DNA of 64,000 nucleotides from Ginglymostoma cirratum (GCA_024137785.1 JAHRHZ010000013.1:8706139-8770138); one strand, 5' to 3'. Shown: positions 1 through 12,974, counted from the first letter of the stretch. Notes: generated from the sequence alone by a model not told the origin. Numbers and translations: made by a program.

Positions 1-21
1 CCCCATGCTTGTTATCTCGGA
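1..21 (+). mobile_element. 3' end of PLE family B terminal repeat (cut by window edge)
   Basis: ccccatgcttgttatctcgga matches the family B terminus at about 36512-36533 and 54420-54432. Confidence 0.6.
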
Positions 22-1444
22 AACACAGCTCTGGCTCTGTCATTGTTATCGATTAGGAACAGGGATAAGTAATTCTGCTTCTCATGCCTGCTCCACCATT
101 AAATTGGATTGTGATTGATTCTAAAACAAGCATTAAGTGACTCAAAACTTCCATTTTATTGAAAATTCATCCTCTTCCAATCACATCTTTCTTTGACTTC
201 AGATCAGTTAATTTCCTCAACTATTGCTCAATTTAAAAGGTGCATTACAGCCTTTCTTACCCCATATCAAGGTAGTCATCAAGACTATATTAATAAATAA
301 CATTATCTCTTATAGCCCTGTCCCTCCCACTTGATGTGGGAAACATTAATCCACTGTTTTTCATCATCTGAAACACTGAAATCTCAAACTCTCCTTGCTA
401 GTCTCCACTGAATTGTTCAGCAATGCCCATTTAACCAAACCTTTGCTGTTTCTCTTGTGCACCTATCACCCATTTTTTTTCTAAGCTTTATTGGGAGCCT
501 ATCCCCATCTCTATTAATTTCAAAATGTTTTAGCTTGTACCTCTTGGTTTTCCTTTTACCTCTTCTATGTTCAAGTCAGACATGCCAAGTAATGACTTGA
601 CAGAGACAGATTGACTCTCCAGGACTTGAACTTCCAAGGGTCAGAGAAGGGTTGTAAGGTTGAAGCTGGAGGGCCCAGCTACCTCTGCAGTGTCTAGAGT
701 GGAAACTGTTGAGTGGCTTACGTATGGTTCCTTTTCCAGCTGGGTGCCTCCTAGCATTGCTTTGGCTCTTTGTGAGGAGAAGCCACCTAGACTAGGCTCA
801 AGATTCCTTATCCCCTTGTTGCCATGCTCCTATTTTCTATGTTTCTATCAGTGAACAGGTTATTGGTGGTTATTGTTGCTTGTTAGTGTAGTTGATGACC
901 CTTTTTATCTTTTTGCTGGTTATCAAGAGAAGCATGATAAGTCTTTAATTGACCAGATTTGATTTACTAAGCCTTTTGCAGACAGGAAATGCTCGGACAA
1001 TTTTCTACATTGAATGATAGCTGCCAGTGTTGTAAACGTACTAGAAGAACTTATGTAAAGGTATGGTTGATGCAAGACCAAAATTTGTCAGCATTATGGT
1101 TAGGTCGTTGCTCAGGCCCATAGCTTCTGCTTTATCTGATGCACTCAACTGATTCTTCATACTACAGAGAGTGAATTGAATTGGCTGAAGATTATTATTT
1201 ATGATTATGAGCTCCTTAGGAGGAGGCTGAGGTGAATAATTCAAGTAGCACTTAAGCCTGAAAGTGCTATTAGAAGCTTTAAACTTGCTCTGAACACTGA
1301 CGTGGTGGATTACGCAATCATGGAGGATAGAAATGTTTATCAAACTTCTCAGATTAGTTAAAGTGTCCATCTGAATTTCCTTCATGAAGTAATTGAAAGG
1401 CAAACTAGGCTTGAAGTGTTAAATGGCCTCCACATATTCCTCTG

Positions 1445-1700
1445 AAATCTACAGCACAGAAAAAGCCTGTCAGCCCCCCTTGAGTCTGTGCCAGTCAGAA
1501 ACAAGTACCTAACTAGTCGAATCTCATTTTCCAGTGCTTGGCCCATAGTCTTTTATACTTTGGCGTTGTAAGTGCATATCTAAATACTTCGTAAATGTTA
1601 TGAGACTTTCCGCCTCTGCCCCCTCTTCAGGAAATGAGCTCCAGATTCCTACTGCATTCTGTGTGAACATGTTTTTCCTCTAAACCTCTTGCCCCTCACA
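1445..1700 (-). mobile_element. CR1 LINE 3' end fragment
   Basis: Reverse complement resembles the CR1 ORF2 C-terminus and 3' tail seen in other copies here; boundaries approximate. Confidence 0.55.
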
Positions 1701-2887
1701 TTTAAAAATTCTTAAATATTTTAGTTTTTATGAAATAACCTTTACATGAGGGGGCGACTGCAGACATTGAACAATGACATTAGAGCTTTTTGGTAAATTA
1801 ATGTTAACCAAATTATAGAATGCCAATAAATTAGGCACATTGTAATCATCATGTCTCCATACGCAGTAATAGGGAGCACTCCTGCTTCATCACAGTTCCC
1901 AAATGCTTGGAGACCAAGGTCGGATTCATAGAAAGGACAGGACTTTTTTAGATGGCGAACTTCTTTCTGTGCAGATTGACTAAACAAATGTCAAATTACC
2001 AAGCTGATACATTGTTTTTTACCCCTTGTTCTTGTTCAAGTTACTTGATGTGTTTCTTAGGTGTCTGTATTTGAATTTGTGATTTTGTATTAAATGTTTC
2101 AACTATAATCCATCAAGTGGTGGTTTAAGGAACATTATAAAAAACACAAAGTATAATCACTCAAAGCACAAGAATAGAAAGAAAGAAGAAATGTACAATT
2201 ATTACAAGTTGAGTAATCCATAAATTAAATGCTACCACCCATTCCCTCTGCTCACTGACCAATAAAATAAATAATTTTCAAAGCGGATTCTGTCCTATTT
2301 AATTCCTAGAATACATTGTTCACTCAGATTTACCTGATTTAGCACTTTCATCAAATCTATCATCCATGTAATCCTTAATCTTTTAGGTTGTAGCGTGGAT
2401 CTATTTTATTCGCAATGTTTTCTGACATATATTAGGACAATTAATTATTACTAAACAATTAAGTGAGTTAATGAATGCAAAATTGACCTCCAAACTGTCT
2501 CTGACGCTGGCGCTGCAATGCCCCAATGTCTAAAAATGGTTTATAGTTTGATACTGAACAGCCCATTCAGCACTCTACTGGGAAGGTTGTCAGTGCTTGT
2601 GAGTTGTGTGTTTAGAGAACTGTCAGGTTAGATTGCAACTGACTCATCTAATACACATTTCTAAAACTTTGACCATTCAAGTACGGTGAATAGCTATGAT
2701 AATCACTCACAGATGAAAAATAATCAGCTTCATGAAGGAAGGCAGTGGTAAACTGCTTTTCTGAACAGCTATGATTCATGGGGTTACCACAATAGTGTTA
2801 GGATAGGAGTTCCAAGATTTTGACCCAGCTACTCTCATAACTTGGTTAAACATAAGATTCCTTTCACAAAACCACATTAACTCTTCC

Positions 2888-2990
2888 AGTCAGTTCTGAG
2901 GAAGGGTCACCAGACCCGAAACGTTATCTCTGTTTTCTCCCTCACAGATGCTGCCAGACTTGCTGAGCTTTTCCAGCAACTTTGTTTTTG
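2888..2990 (+). mobile_element. 103-bp PLE family A micro-insert headed by a hammerhead motif
   Basis: Perfect 10-bp TSD taactcttcc (2878-2887 and 2991-3000); sequence matches the 3' terminal region of the PLE at 15408-16858. Confidence 0.85.
2891..2932 (+). ncRNA. Minimal type I hammerhead ribozyme motif (family A)
   Basis: CTGAGGA-A-GGGTC(acca)GACCC-GAAA-CGTTA: CUGANGA core, stem II, GAAA box and short palindromic stem III (AACGTT). Confidence 0.75.
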
Positions 2991-3676
2991 TAACTCTTCC
3001 TGATCCCACTCATGATTTTCTAAGTATTCACTACCGCCCTCTTAATTATAGCTTCTAGCAATTTCCCTATGACGTGTTAGGTTACCTGGCCTATAGATTC
3101 TTTCTTTCCTCCTCCTTTTGGTCTTGAATAAAGGTATTACATTTTCTATTTTCCGATTATCTCTCTAATGAGAGAGCAGTCCTATGGTCCACGAGGTTAC
3201 TGAATGATGCTCATTTCGCATTACAGGTCTGGAATTGTCTGCTGTCTAGTTGACTATAGAACATATTGCTGTAAGAAATTGCCCTGAATACACTGTATGC
3301 ACTCATTTGCTCCAATACATTTGCCAATCTGATTCACCCAAAAGACATGTAGATTATAGTTGCTCATTATTATTGTGATAGCTATCTTACACCACATGTA
3401 TTTCTTATTGCATACTTCGTAATTAGTAGTGGTAGGCCTATAAATTATTTCCACAATTGACTCTTATTTTTCTTATTTCATATCACTACCCAACAGATTC
3501 TATATCCCCTTCAAGCCAAGGGTTCCTTTCATGACTGTACTAATAATTTCATTAAAAACAGAGGTAGCATATCTTTTTTTCTAACTTCCTGTCTTTTTTG
3601 AAATGTCAAATGTCTCAACATTCAGACCACAGGCTTGATCTCTTTGCAACCATGCCTTCCTAGTGGCCTTCAGATC

Positions 3677-4544
3677 TGTGATAATATGAACTTCAGCACT
3701 TTAATAACTGATCATGGATTGCAAGAATTAAAGATAAACTGCTACATACGGAAAGAAGCAGCAATAACTCTGCCAGGAATAAGCTTCTAAGGGGCAAGAA
3801 TAAACACAGGAATAGAAAATAATTAACCATTCCAAATTTTGGCAAAGATCTGTAGCTCGGGTTGTGGGTGAGGTTGTTGATTTGCTTGCCGAACTGGCTT
3901 GTTCACGTTCATCCAGCTCAGTGGGCAAGTCAACAACTTCAGTAATTAGCCATGTTTGGGAAAAGAAGGATGCGAAGCTCCAGGAATAAAACTGTTTTCA
4001 CATCTGCTTGATAACTGGCTGTTGTATGTCACAAGGATATCAAATTGTCCCGCAGAAAAATTAAAGGAGTTAATTGCAGAAAAGCTGCATCTTCAAACAG
4101 GTAGTTAATGCCAAATATAACAAGGAACAGAGAAGTTACTTCTGAAAAGAAGGTAAGCTGCAGACTTGATATTGGCTACTCCTCTGAAACTAACAGGATA
4201 AAAGAATCTTCAATGTATCACATCATAAACCTGAAGGATGAAAATCTGTATAAGAATCCAACACCAGAACCCTTCATTAGCAGAACTTCGAAGAACAACA
4301 CTGCGCAAGGATCAAACCCTGGATACTTCCAGAGACAGACACTGTTGGTTGTAATTGTAGCTACGTTCGACTATTAATCGGGTAATAGTCAAGTTGAATT
4401 GGGAGGCTTAACTTGTTTACTTATGGAGTTTTATTTTGGTTGCTACCTGCAATAAAGTTTAAATCGTTGCTTCAATATTTCATTGTCTGTGAGATTTCTT
4501 TATAAGTATCTAAATTAAAGGTAACTTGTGGTGATTTACCCACA
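3677..4544 (+). mobile_element. Probable solo LTR
   Basis: TGTG...CACA termini, 4-bp direct repeat gatc (3673-3676 and 4545-4548), AATAAA at 4451; interrupts a decayed CR1-like segment. Confidence 0.5.
3831..3942. mobile_element. 112-bp palindromic PLE family C micro-insert
   Basis: Arms gaggttgttgatttgcttgccgaactgg / ccagctcagtgggcaagtcaacaacttc; 11-bp TSD taattaaccat/taattagccat (3820-3830, 3943-3953); same terminus as the PLE at 38412. Confidence 0.7.
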
Positions 4545-4929
4545 GATCAGTACACATTGCTTTTTATCCATGCTAATAATTCATTGATTCATTGTGAACA
4601 CTGTGCACCTTTAACCTGTCTTTCCATCATTTTGCAATCTCTGACCTTATCTGCTGGTGCACTCTTAAGTTTGTATACACCACCCCTTCCTGTTATAATC
4701 TGGTTATTATCCAAGTTGCGATCCTGCTCTGTAACCTCATTTCCCTTCCATTTGCTTACATGACCCCTCCTTCACAATAATTAGTTTATACCCCTTTGTA
4801 AATACTGGACTTGTTAGAAAATTGGTACCGGCATTTTTCTTATGAAGATCATCCTAACAGTACAGCTTCTGTTTTCCCCAGTACTGGAACCAGTGCCCAT
4901 AGTTCAAAACTCATTAAAAAAAAATTAGT

Positions 4930-5150
4930 CTTTATCTAGTCTGCAGTAGCCTTACCTTTTCACACTGCTTTATCTGGACCACTGTTTTATCTCCTCTCAT
5001 ATGTTACTGCATCTGGTCTGCAGCTCTCTTCTCATGCTGCTTTATCTAGTCCTGTACTGTCTTCCCTCACCTGCTTATCTGATCTGACCCTCTCCTCTTT
5101 CACTACTTTACTTGTTTTGCCACTCTCTCCTTTCTTGCTTTAACTGGTTC
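4930..5150. repeat. Decayed ~33-35 bp minisatellite
   Basis: ctgctttatctRgtc-like motif recurs at about 4930, 4965, 5007, 5037, 5071, 5103 and 5135. Confidence 0.5.
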
Positions 5151-5161
5151 ACCACACTCTC

Positions 5162-5690
5162 TCAGAGATAGTAAGAACTGCCGATGCTAGAGTCAGAGAC
5201 AGTACAGTGCAGAGCTGGGGGAACACAGCAGGCCAGGCAGCACCAGAGGAGCAGGAAAGTTAACGTTTCGGGTTGGGACCCTTCTTCAGAAATGAGGGAG
5301 AGGGAAGGGAGCTCTGAAATAAATAGAGAGAGGAGGGGTGGAGGTGGGGAAGGTAGGTGGGATGGTGATAGGTGAGTGCAGGTAGGGAGTGGTGGGGATT
5401 GGTCAGTGGGATGGGTGGGGCGGATAGGTGAGAGAGAAGATGGACAGATTGTGTCAGGTCGAGGAGGTGGGGATAAGAGGAAGGGTTGGTCATGATATGA
5501 AGCCAGGGGTGGGGAGATTTTGAAACTGGTAAAGTCCATATTTAGGTCATTGGGTTGTAGGCTCCTGAGGTGGAATATGAGGTGCTGCTCCTCCAGTTTG
5601 TGGGTGGCACCATTGTGACACAGGAGGAGGCCCAGGATGGACATGTCACCCAGGGAGTGGGAGTGGGAGTTGAAATGGTTCTCAACCAGT
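5162..5690 (-). mobile_element. PLE family B inverted 3' arm (GIY-YIG C-terminus plus pLTR with HHR)
   Basis: NHFNSHSHSLGDMSILGLLLCHNGATHKLEEQHLIFHLRSLQP, then a pyrimidine-rich UTR and the family B terminus. Confidence 0.9.
5257..5293 (-). ncRNA. Minimal hammerhead ribozyme motif (family B)
   Basis: Minus strand reads CTGAAGA-A-GGGT(ccca)ACCC-GAAA-CGTTA. Confidence 0.75.
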
Positions 5691-5691
5691 C

Positions 5692-6390
5692 TCCCGAACA
5701 TCCCAGATGTCCTCTTACTTCAAGGACTGCAACTTGCTGCCTTTGGTGGTCAAAAGTGCTCTCGACCGCATCTCTTGCGTTTCCCACACCTCTGCCGTCA
5801 CGTCCCCCTCTCCCAACAAAAACAAAGACAGAATCCCCCATGTCCTGACATATCGCCCCATTAAACTCCATATCCAACATATCATTCTCCACCACTTCCT
5901 TCACCCACAATTTGACCCCACAACCAAAGATATATTTCCCTCCCCACCCCTATCTGCCTTCGATATGAACCGCTGTCTCAGCAACTCCTTCATCTGCTCC
6001 ACACTCCCCACGAGCCCCACCACCGCCAGCACCTTTCCCTGCAACCATAGGAAGTGCTACACCTGCCTATACCCCTCACCTCCATTCAAGGCACCAAACA
6101 AATCTTTCACATCAGACAGAGATTCACCTGCACATCTGTCAGTTTGGTCTATTGCATCCGCTGCTCCCAATGTGGCCTCCTTTACACCGGTGAGACCAAG
6201 CGGAGGCTCGGAGATTGCTTTGTTGAGCACCTGCACTCTGTTTGCGACAAACAACAACACCTTCCGGTTGCGAACCATTTCAACTCCACCTCCCATTCGC
6301 TAGCTGACTTGTCCATCCTAGGCCTCCTTCAGTGTCACAATGATGCCACCTGGAAACTGGAGGAACAGCACCTCGTATTCCGCCTCAGGA
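5692..6390 (+). mobile_element. PLE fragment: RT C-terminal linker plus GIY-YIG endonuclease (frameshifted)
   Basis: DRIPHVLTYRP, PCNHRKCYTC, LVYCIRCSQCGLLYTGETKRRLGDCFVEHL...NHFN...LEEQHL (VY-x-YxG-ET GIY-YIG signature). Confidence 0.92.
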
Positions 6391-6499
6391 ATTGTGGTAG
6401 GCTTGTAATACCCAATGAGCACGTCTTCAAGACGAACATAGTAAAACATGAAGGAATAGAGAATTTAATGGTAATAGTGAAGGAATAATAACAAAATGC

Positions 6500-8240
6500 A
6501 ATTAAAGCTTGTTTATCTAAACATGAAAAGCATTCACAATTACATAGAAGGCCTAACAGCACAAATACAGATATACAGTTTAGATCCAATGGTGGTTATA
6601 GAGACATAGTTACAAAATGAACAAAGTTTGGGAGGTAAACATTCCAAGATCTTGATTGACAAGACCAGGAAGTCGAATTGGTATGGGTGGAAATTAGGAT
6701 CAAAAGAGGACATAAAATGCTGATGGGAGTAGATTATTGGCACCCTAACAGTAGTTGTACCATTGGAGAGAACATTAAGCAAGAAAATATTGGGGCATGT
6801 AACAAGGAAATGTAATAATTGTAGAGGACTTTAATCATCTAATAAATGGACAAACCAAACTGGTAAAAGTAGCTTGTGAGCTAAATTTTAGAATGCTTCA
6901 GCAACAGTCTGTCGGAACAATATGTTATATAAATAGCAAGGATCGAGTTATTTTCGGCTAGTACAGGCAAATAAATGGATGTAATTTAGAGTATCACAGT
7001 AAACGTTCAGCAGGAAAAAATAGCATAATTGAAATATATATTGATTTTTAAAGCGACGTAGGGGTGGCATGGTGGCTCACTGCGCCAGGGACCTTAGGTT
7101 CGATTCCACCCTGGGGTGACTGTCTGTGTGGAGTTTGCACATTCTCCCTATGTCTACATGGGTTTCCTCTGGGTGCTCCAGTTTTCTATTCAGCCCCCAA
7201 AGGTGTGCAGATTAGGTGGATTTGCCATGAAAAATATCCTGTAGTGTCCAGGGATGTGCATGCTAGGTGGATTAGCCATGGGAAATGCTGGATTACAGGG
7301 ATAGGATAGGGATGTGGGCCTGGGGGGGGGGATACTCTTTGGAGGGTCAGTGCGGACTCAATGAGCTAAATGGCCTACTTCCACACTATAGGGATTCCAC
7401 AATTTCTAAGATAACATAGACCTAAACAAAAAACAGTATTTGAGGAGGTTACTAGCTAAGTTTGGTTGGTTAAGTAGACTAAAGGGTGTGGTGATTCAAC
7501 TCAACTGCACATGTTGCTAAATTGATGAGTCCGGTGATCACAGATGGGACACTGCCAATCTTTGCTGCAGTTCCATGGCAACACCCTGACCAATCAGAAT
7601 CTACCTGTCTGGTCTGACAATTAATGTAACCAGATAACTGTTCCTTCTGCAACTCCATGCCAATGATGGCCCAACCTATCCAGCGCGCTCTTCTCATGCT
7701 CTGTAAGTTGTGTTCCTTTTAACAAGTCAGTTTCTTGCATCCTAGTGAATGCAAGACGATAAGCTTTGACTCTTGTTTCCTTTTCGCAATGTTTAAGCTC
7801 TGTAGTACCAAACAGTTGTTAAAGAGAGTGTTTGAAAAGCATTATCACAAAGTAAAATAAGATACCTGAGGATTGGGGTTGTATTAGAAAGACTCAGCAA
7901 AAGTTTATCAGAAAGTAGGTAAAAAAAGAGGAAATAAAGGGAAAAAAAATGAGAATCCCAGAGCATAACAAGCCCAGAACCTAAAAGCAGTTTGTAAAAG
8001 TTTTTATAGTATATTATTCGAAGAATTAGTGAAAGTCAGGGACAAGAGAAGTATCACAACAAATGAGAGAATGATAGACACACTGAACAGATATTTGGCA
8101 CTTGTCTCTGCAAGTGGATACAAATTACATACCAGAAATAAAGGGCAACGACAGGGCCAATAAGGATGAAGAATTCAATATAATTAATAGCGGCAGAGAA
8201 TAAGTATTATGGAAATTTAAGTGATGAAAAAATAACAATG
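6500..8240 (+). mobile_element. Old CR1 LINE remnant (AP endonuclease region onward), interrupted by an HE1 SINE
   Basis: Degenerate GVxYxPP and xxGDFN-like motifs near 6725-6835; boundaries approximate. Confidence 0.45.
7061..7408 (+). mobile_element. HE1-type V-SINE
   Basis: tRNA-like head (ggtggctc...ggttcgattcc), V-domain tgtgtggagtttgcacattctcc...gggtttcctc, CR1-like tail. Confidence 0.9.
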
Positions 8241-8401
8241 TCCACCTGAAGGCATTGTAGTTCCACCACTCACCATCTTTCCTTTTTTGGGGATGCTCCC
8301 ATCACAGTGGCCCCACGATGAAGACCATGCAATAATATTTACCATTAAAAATTGGTCTATTAAATCGTTATTCACATATACATTCGGTTATTTAAACGTA
8401 A

Positions 8402-8965
8402 TTTTTTATTTCAAAAATATAGTTTATTCATAAAATATCTCTGTGTATATACATTATCACAAACGCAGTTTGGTTCTGTACAGTAGCATATCAAATAAGC
8501 AGACAAAACATTGGACTTTGACTTTATCCAAAACAACCAAAAACCTCTCATGCATACAATACTAATATTTACTTGTATTTGAGACACCAGGAGGGTCCAA
8601 TAACTGAATGGACACCCCCCCCCCCCCCCCCGTTACCTTCAGCAGGAAGACCCCAGAAGGTGGTCTTTCCCCACTGTGCTTTGGCAGCAGCTGCCACCAA
8701 CTTTTACTGCGTCGCTCAGGACATATTTCCAGATCTTGGAATGTGCCAGTGTGCAATACTCGGTTGAGGTCAACTTCTTGTTCTGGAAGACCAAAAAGTT
8801 TCAGGCAGACCAGAGAGCGTCTTTCACTGAATTGATGGCCCTCCAGGTGCAGTTGATGTTTGTCTCGGTGTGCATCCCGGGAAATAGACAGTGGAGCACA
8901 GAGTCATGCGTCATGGAGCTGCTCAGGATGAACCTCAACACAAACCATTGCACCTTCCTCCAGAC
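8402..8965 (-). mobile_element. 5'-truncated L1/Tx1-clade LINE (ORF2 C-terminus plus 3' UTR)
   Basis: Minus strand encodes VWRKVQWF...LFPGMHTETNINCTWRAINSVKDALWSA; AATAAA and A-rich tail; 11-bp TSD tttaaacgtaa/tttaaacataa (8391-8401, 8966-8976). Confidence 0.8.
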
Positions 8966-11879
8966 TTTAAACATAACTGTTCATACTTGTGCATTCCCTC
9001 AATCTTCCCTGTTTTGCGGATACCTTTGCCTCTGCTTGTGCTGCTATGTTGTGCTACCCTAGTGGATGCAGTGTGACTGGTGGAAAGCTGCTGACTTTTA
9101 CTGGGGTATCTTCAGATAGATTTGAAGAACAAACTCTAGTGAACTTTGACACAAGCAAGAGCACTGTCAGAACGGTAGTGTTGGAAGTGTTTTTGCTACC
9201 ATTTTGAGAGTGCACAGCAGGTTTGTGCTACAGAGGTACTGTCAAACCTAAAAGGCAGAAGCTCAACAGTACTAATAATATCTTGGAGAACAGATTGCAT
9301 AACTGCCATAAGAGTCTGCATGTCTCTTAAAGCATTAAGGTCACATCCATGACACAAGCAATCTGATCCTGCATGCAATGAGCATGGATTTAATTATGTC
9401 CATCTGCAATGGAAACACAAACAGCAACTATGAAAGGCCGCATCACAAGTAGCTTTATAAGTATTTTCATGGAGTTAGCTACCACTTCCACACTGGAAAT
9501 GATTGACTTCAAAATCTCTTCCACATATGTAACCAGTATCCTCTATAGCCTTTGATAGTGGAAGGGGGTATCCAGCAGGCCTGTTAATGCATCAAGCAGC
9601 TTGAACTGCATTTGACTGTATGCCATCTTTTCAAAATCCCCACCTGAGTCCCATGTAGTAAAACCCATCTGCAACTGTGCGGTCTAATGAAAAGTGTGAC
9701 AAACAATCTTTTTTCCGTTGCAGCTCACTCTGCCCAGTGATTCATTCATGTCATTAGTATTACAGTCACTTGCAAGTTCATATGGAACAGGACAAGGCAC
9801 TGGAGGCCTTTTTGATGAATGTCAGCTGGAGGGAAGCAGCAGTGTTTCTGTGGAGCCAAAAGAAACATCCTCTGGCAGTGCTGACCCAGAGACTGAACTC
9901 CAAGCAGTGGTAGGCCTGGAGCCTGGATTCTTGGAGGTGGCAGTGCCCTGAGCAAAGACTCCTGGTGGCAGTTGGCCCGGAGCCTAGACTCTTGATAGTG
10001 TTGGCGAGGCAGCAGCTGCAGCAAAACCGGGGTAGCCTGGGACATTGCCATCGTCGTTGCAGTTCCTGGAACGAGACTCCTCAAGGACCGGTACACGTTG
10101 CAGAGACCTTGCAGAAGCCCTGATCTGTGCTTGAGATTGCAATTTGAACAGAAGATGAGGTCTTACTGGAGTAATTTCTTTTTATTTTTATTTGAACTCA
10201 AAATGATACTAGTTTGTGGTGACAAAACACTTTTGACTGTATATTCAGGATATATGTGATGATAAATCATTCATTCAATAAATCATTAATTAATTCATTC
10301 AGTCCAAATGTGAGCAGTGGGCCAGAGAAGTAAATTCCATGAGTTTCAACCTAAAGATTTGGCGGCAATATCAGAAGAGGTTTTCTGATCTCAAACTGGT
10401 TGTCAAGAACATCTAATGTACTTTCACATGCCATTTCCTACCTACCGAATCAGCAGGCTCTTACCATCCTCAATGAACTGTACCTTCATCACTCACTCAC
10501 TCACCCACCCATCAGCAGTGCCTGGTACCTAGCCTAATATCCACATTCCCTGTCTCTCCACCATATGCACACCTAGTCAGCTATAGTAGGTTTATCAACA
10601 AAATACTTTGCTTTTCCAAACAAAGCAGCCTCAGGATGAAGGGTTAGAGCATCACCCCACGCTGATGAATAAGCACCGTCATTTCATCTCACAGTTCCAG
10701 CCACCAGCTTATATACTGTCGTTGGAAACCATTCAGCTGCTTTTCAGCCAGTACAACTCCCATTTTAAAAGGTGCAGCTGCCTTTAAAAGCTGGATGCTA
10801 CTTGGAATATGTCAAACACAGGACCTACAAGAGTTAAGCCAGCCAGCAACATGACTCACACTGAGATGAATGCTGCAATCAGAGAAATGAAGAGCCATCA
10901 CAAAGTTTGTGTTGCCTCAGGCATGGAATGATTGCAAGTTGTGGTTCGAGACTTCTAGTCTGACATTTTTCAGAAATGTATTTTTTCTGCTCCATGTTAC
11001 AACCCTCTATTACTCTAATCTAGTTACAGTGGGCATGGACTGACAACACAAAATTAGCACTCATTTGGCATTAGTTCACAGAACAACCTAAGCATTACAT
11101 GTCTAGAAAATGGAAAGAAATTTCCTATTACTTCTGTATTTGGGTAGTGTCTGTAGACTGCAGATCAGAGTGAAATACGAGTGTTATCCTAAACTACCCT
11201 TTACTTAGGAAAAATGGGGATTGTTGGCGGCCCAACATGAAAAGTGCCTCATTTCCAAAGCATGCATTGCTCAACTGTATGAGCTCAATGTAAAACAAAA
11301 CTGCCATAAATTAGTTCGTTTTCTGTATTAAAGTATTTGAAGTATTAAAAATAATTACTTTTGATTAAATAATATATTCAGATTAAATGACTTCTTGGCA
11401 TGCCTAGAAAATTATAGACACCTTGAAGTGATTTCAAATCAGTCAACCCACTGAGGATTTCCAGTTGTACCTTCAATCATGAGAATATTGTCACAAGCAC
11501 TTGAAAGCATTCCAATTATTGTCAATTATGTGTAGATATGACACACACTGTGGGATAGTTGATACTGATTAAATGTGGAATTCAGTGTTCTGTCACATTT
11601 TACGTAATTAGCGATCACAGATTTCATTCTTCTTGTAGAAAATTGTAAGAGAGAAAGCTGTTTTAATAGAAGCGTTGACATCTTTTTTAAGGAATTTGAA
11701 TAGGACAAGTTTACAAGCTGTACTTAAAAAACAGGTACGAGGTGGACAGTGCATCTGTGTCACCAACATATTGTCAATATTGGAAATGATTCAGGATTGA
11801 TTTCCATTCAGCTGGCTAGGCAACATGCTTCAGCATCTTGTTGATTTTCAAAATCCATACATCATTCAGCTTCTCACAG

Positions 11880-12460
11880 AGTCAGCCAGCAAGTCAAAGT
11901 GACGGAAGAGGGACCAGAGGGAAATGGATGAGAGATGCAAGAACAGAATGGAAATGCAAGATTTTAGTGGGAATGGGGAACAAATTAATTCTTGGTGCAA
12001 CCCCACAAAAATTATGTTGAAAGATTTGAGAATTTAGAAATGGCCACAGAGTTGATTAATAAGGCTAAAAAAAAGGTGCAATTCTTTTATCAGGGGTGGT
12101 GGTGAAGCAGTGCTACAAACTGTAGTCCTAGTTGCACCCTGGACATCATGGAAGGACAACAGAAAAGCCAAAATTTTGAAACTTTTGAGGCCTTGAAGAC
12201 TTACTTTGGACCCTATACTAATGTTATTTATAAATGCCATGTGTATAATATCAAGTGTCAGGAAGAGTGGGAGAATATTTATCAGTATGTGATTGCACCG
12301 AGATATCCAGTTGTAGCATGAAAATTTGGGCTTTTGAAGTATGTTCTCATCAAGAGATAGGATTCTTAGGGTTGAGAGATCCTGGTAGAAAAGCATATCT
12401 GCTGAGAGAAGAGAAACCTCCTCAAAACAAAACTACTGATATGCAGAAGATTGCCTTATA
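11880..12460 (+). mobile_element. Highly decayed Gypsy gag-like fragment
   Basis: Pieces resembling FNxRxQxxGExIxQYV and LGxRD...LLRE gag motifs; many stops. Confidence 0.35.
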
Positions 12461-12974
12461 GGCATTTGACTATCCCACTGCTCCTATAATTGTTATCTTA
12501 GTTGATGATGCAGGGCTGATGGAAGGCTGCTGATTTTCTGTGGGGGAGATTGCAAATGGCTTTGTAGGATGCCACAACAATTTTGAGCCATGAGAGCTGC
12601 CTTGGATTATAACATCTCAGTAGGGCCAGCAGCTGCCTTGATGGTCAGGCTGGCTAGGGAACAGCAACATTACAATGATGAACTATAGTAGGATTGGGAA
12701 TGCTGTTCTAAGACACAAGGGTTTGTGCCATGGCGTCACTACCACTGCCAGAATAGATCTTCTGGAGGCACAGGTTGCTGAATTGCATGCCGGTTGGATT
12801 CTGATGCCTACTGCTGCGCTAGCAGCAGTCTGAAGCTGCATGGCACGAAACTAGGCTTGCACATCAATAATTGTGGATCTCATGACCTTTGAGCTTCCAC
12901 TGGAGTGCTAAATGTCCTGTGACTTCAACCTGTTATAAAATGGAAGCTGCAACATCGTCCAGCAGACAAAAAAG

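Noticed and set aside
4930-5150. CRISPR-like regularly spaced motif
   Set aside because: Units are degenerate, the spacers resemble each other, there are no cas genes and the context is vertebrate; treated as a decayed minisatellite.
9200-10900. Possible Harbinger-related relic (also 32040-33220 and 35500-36100)
   Set aside because: Composition is suggestive, but I could not read convincing motifs or TIRs; left unassigned.
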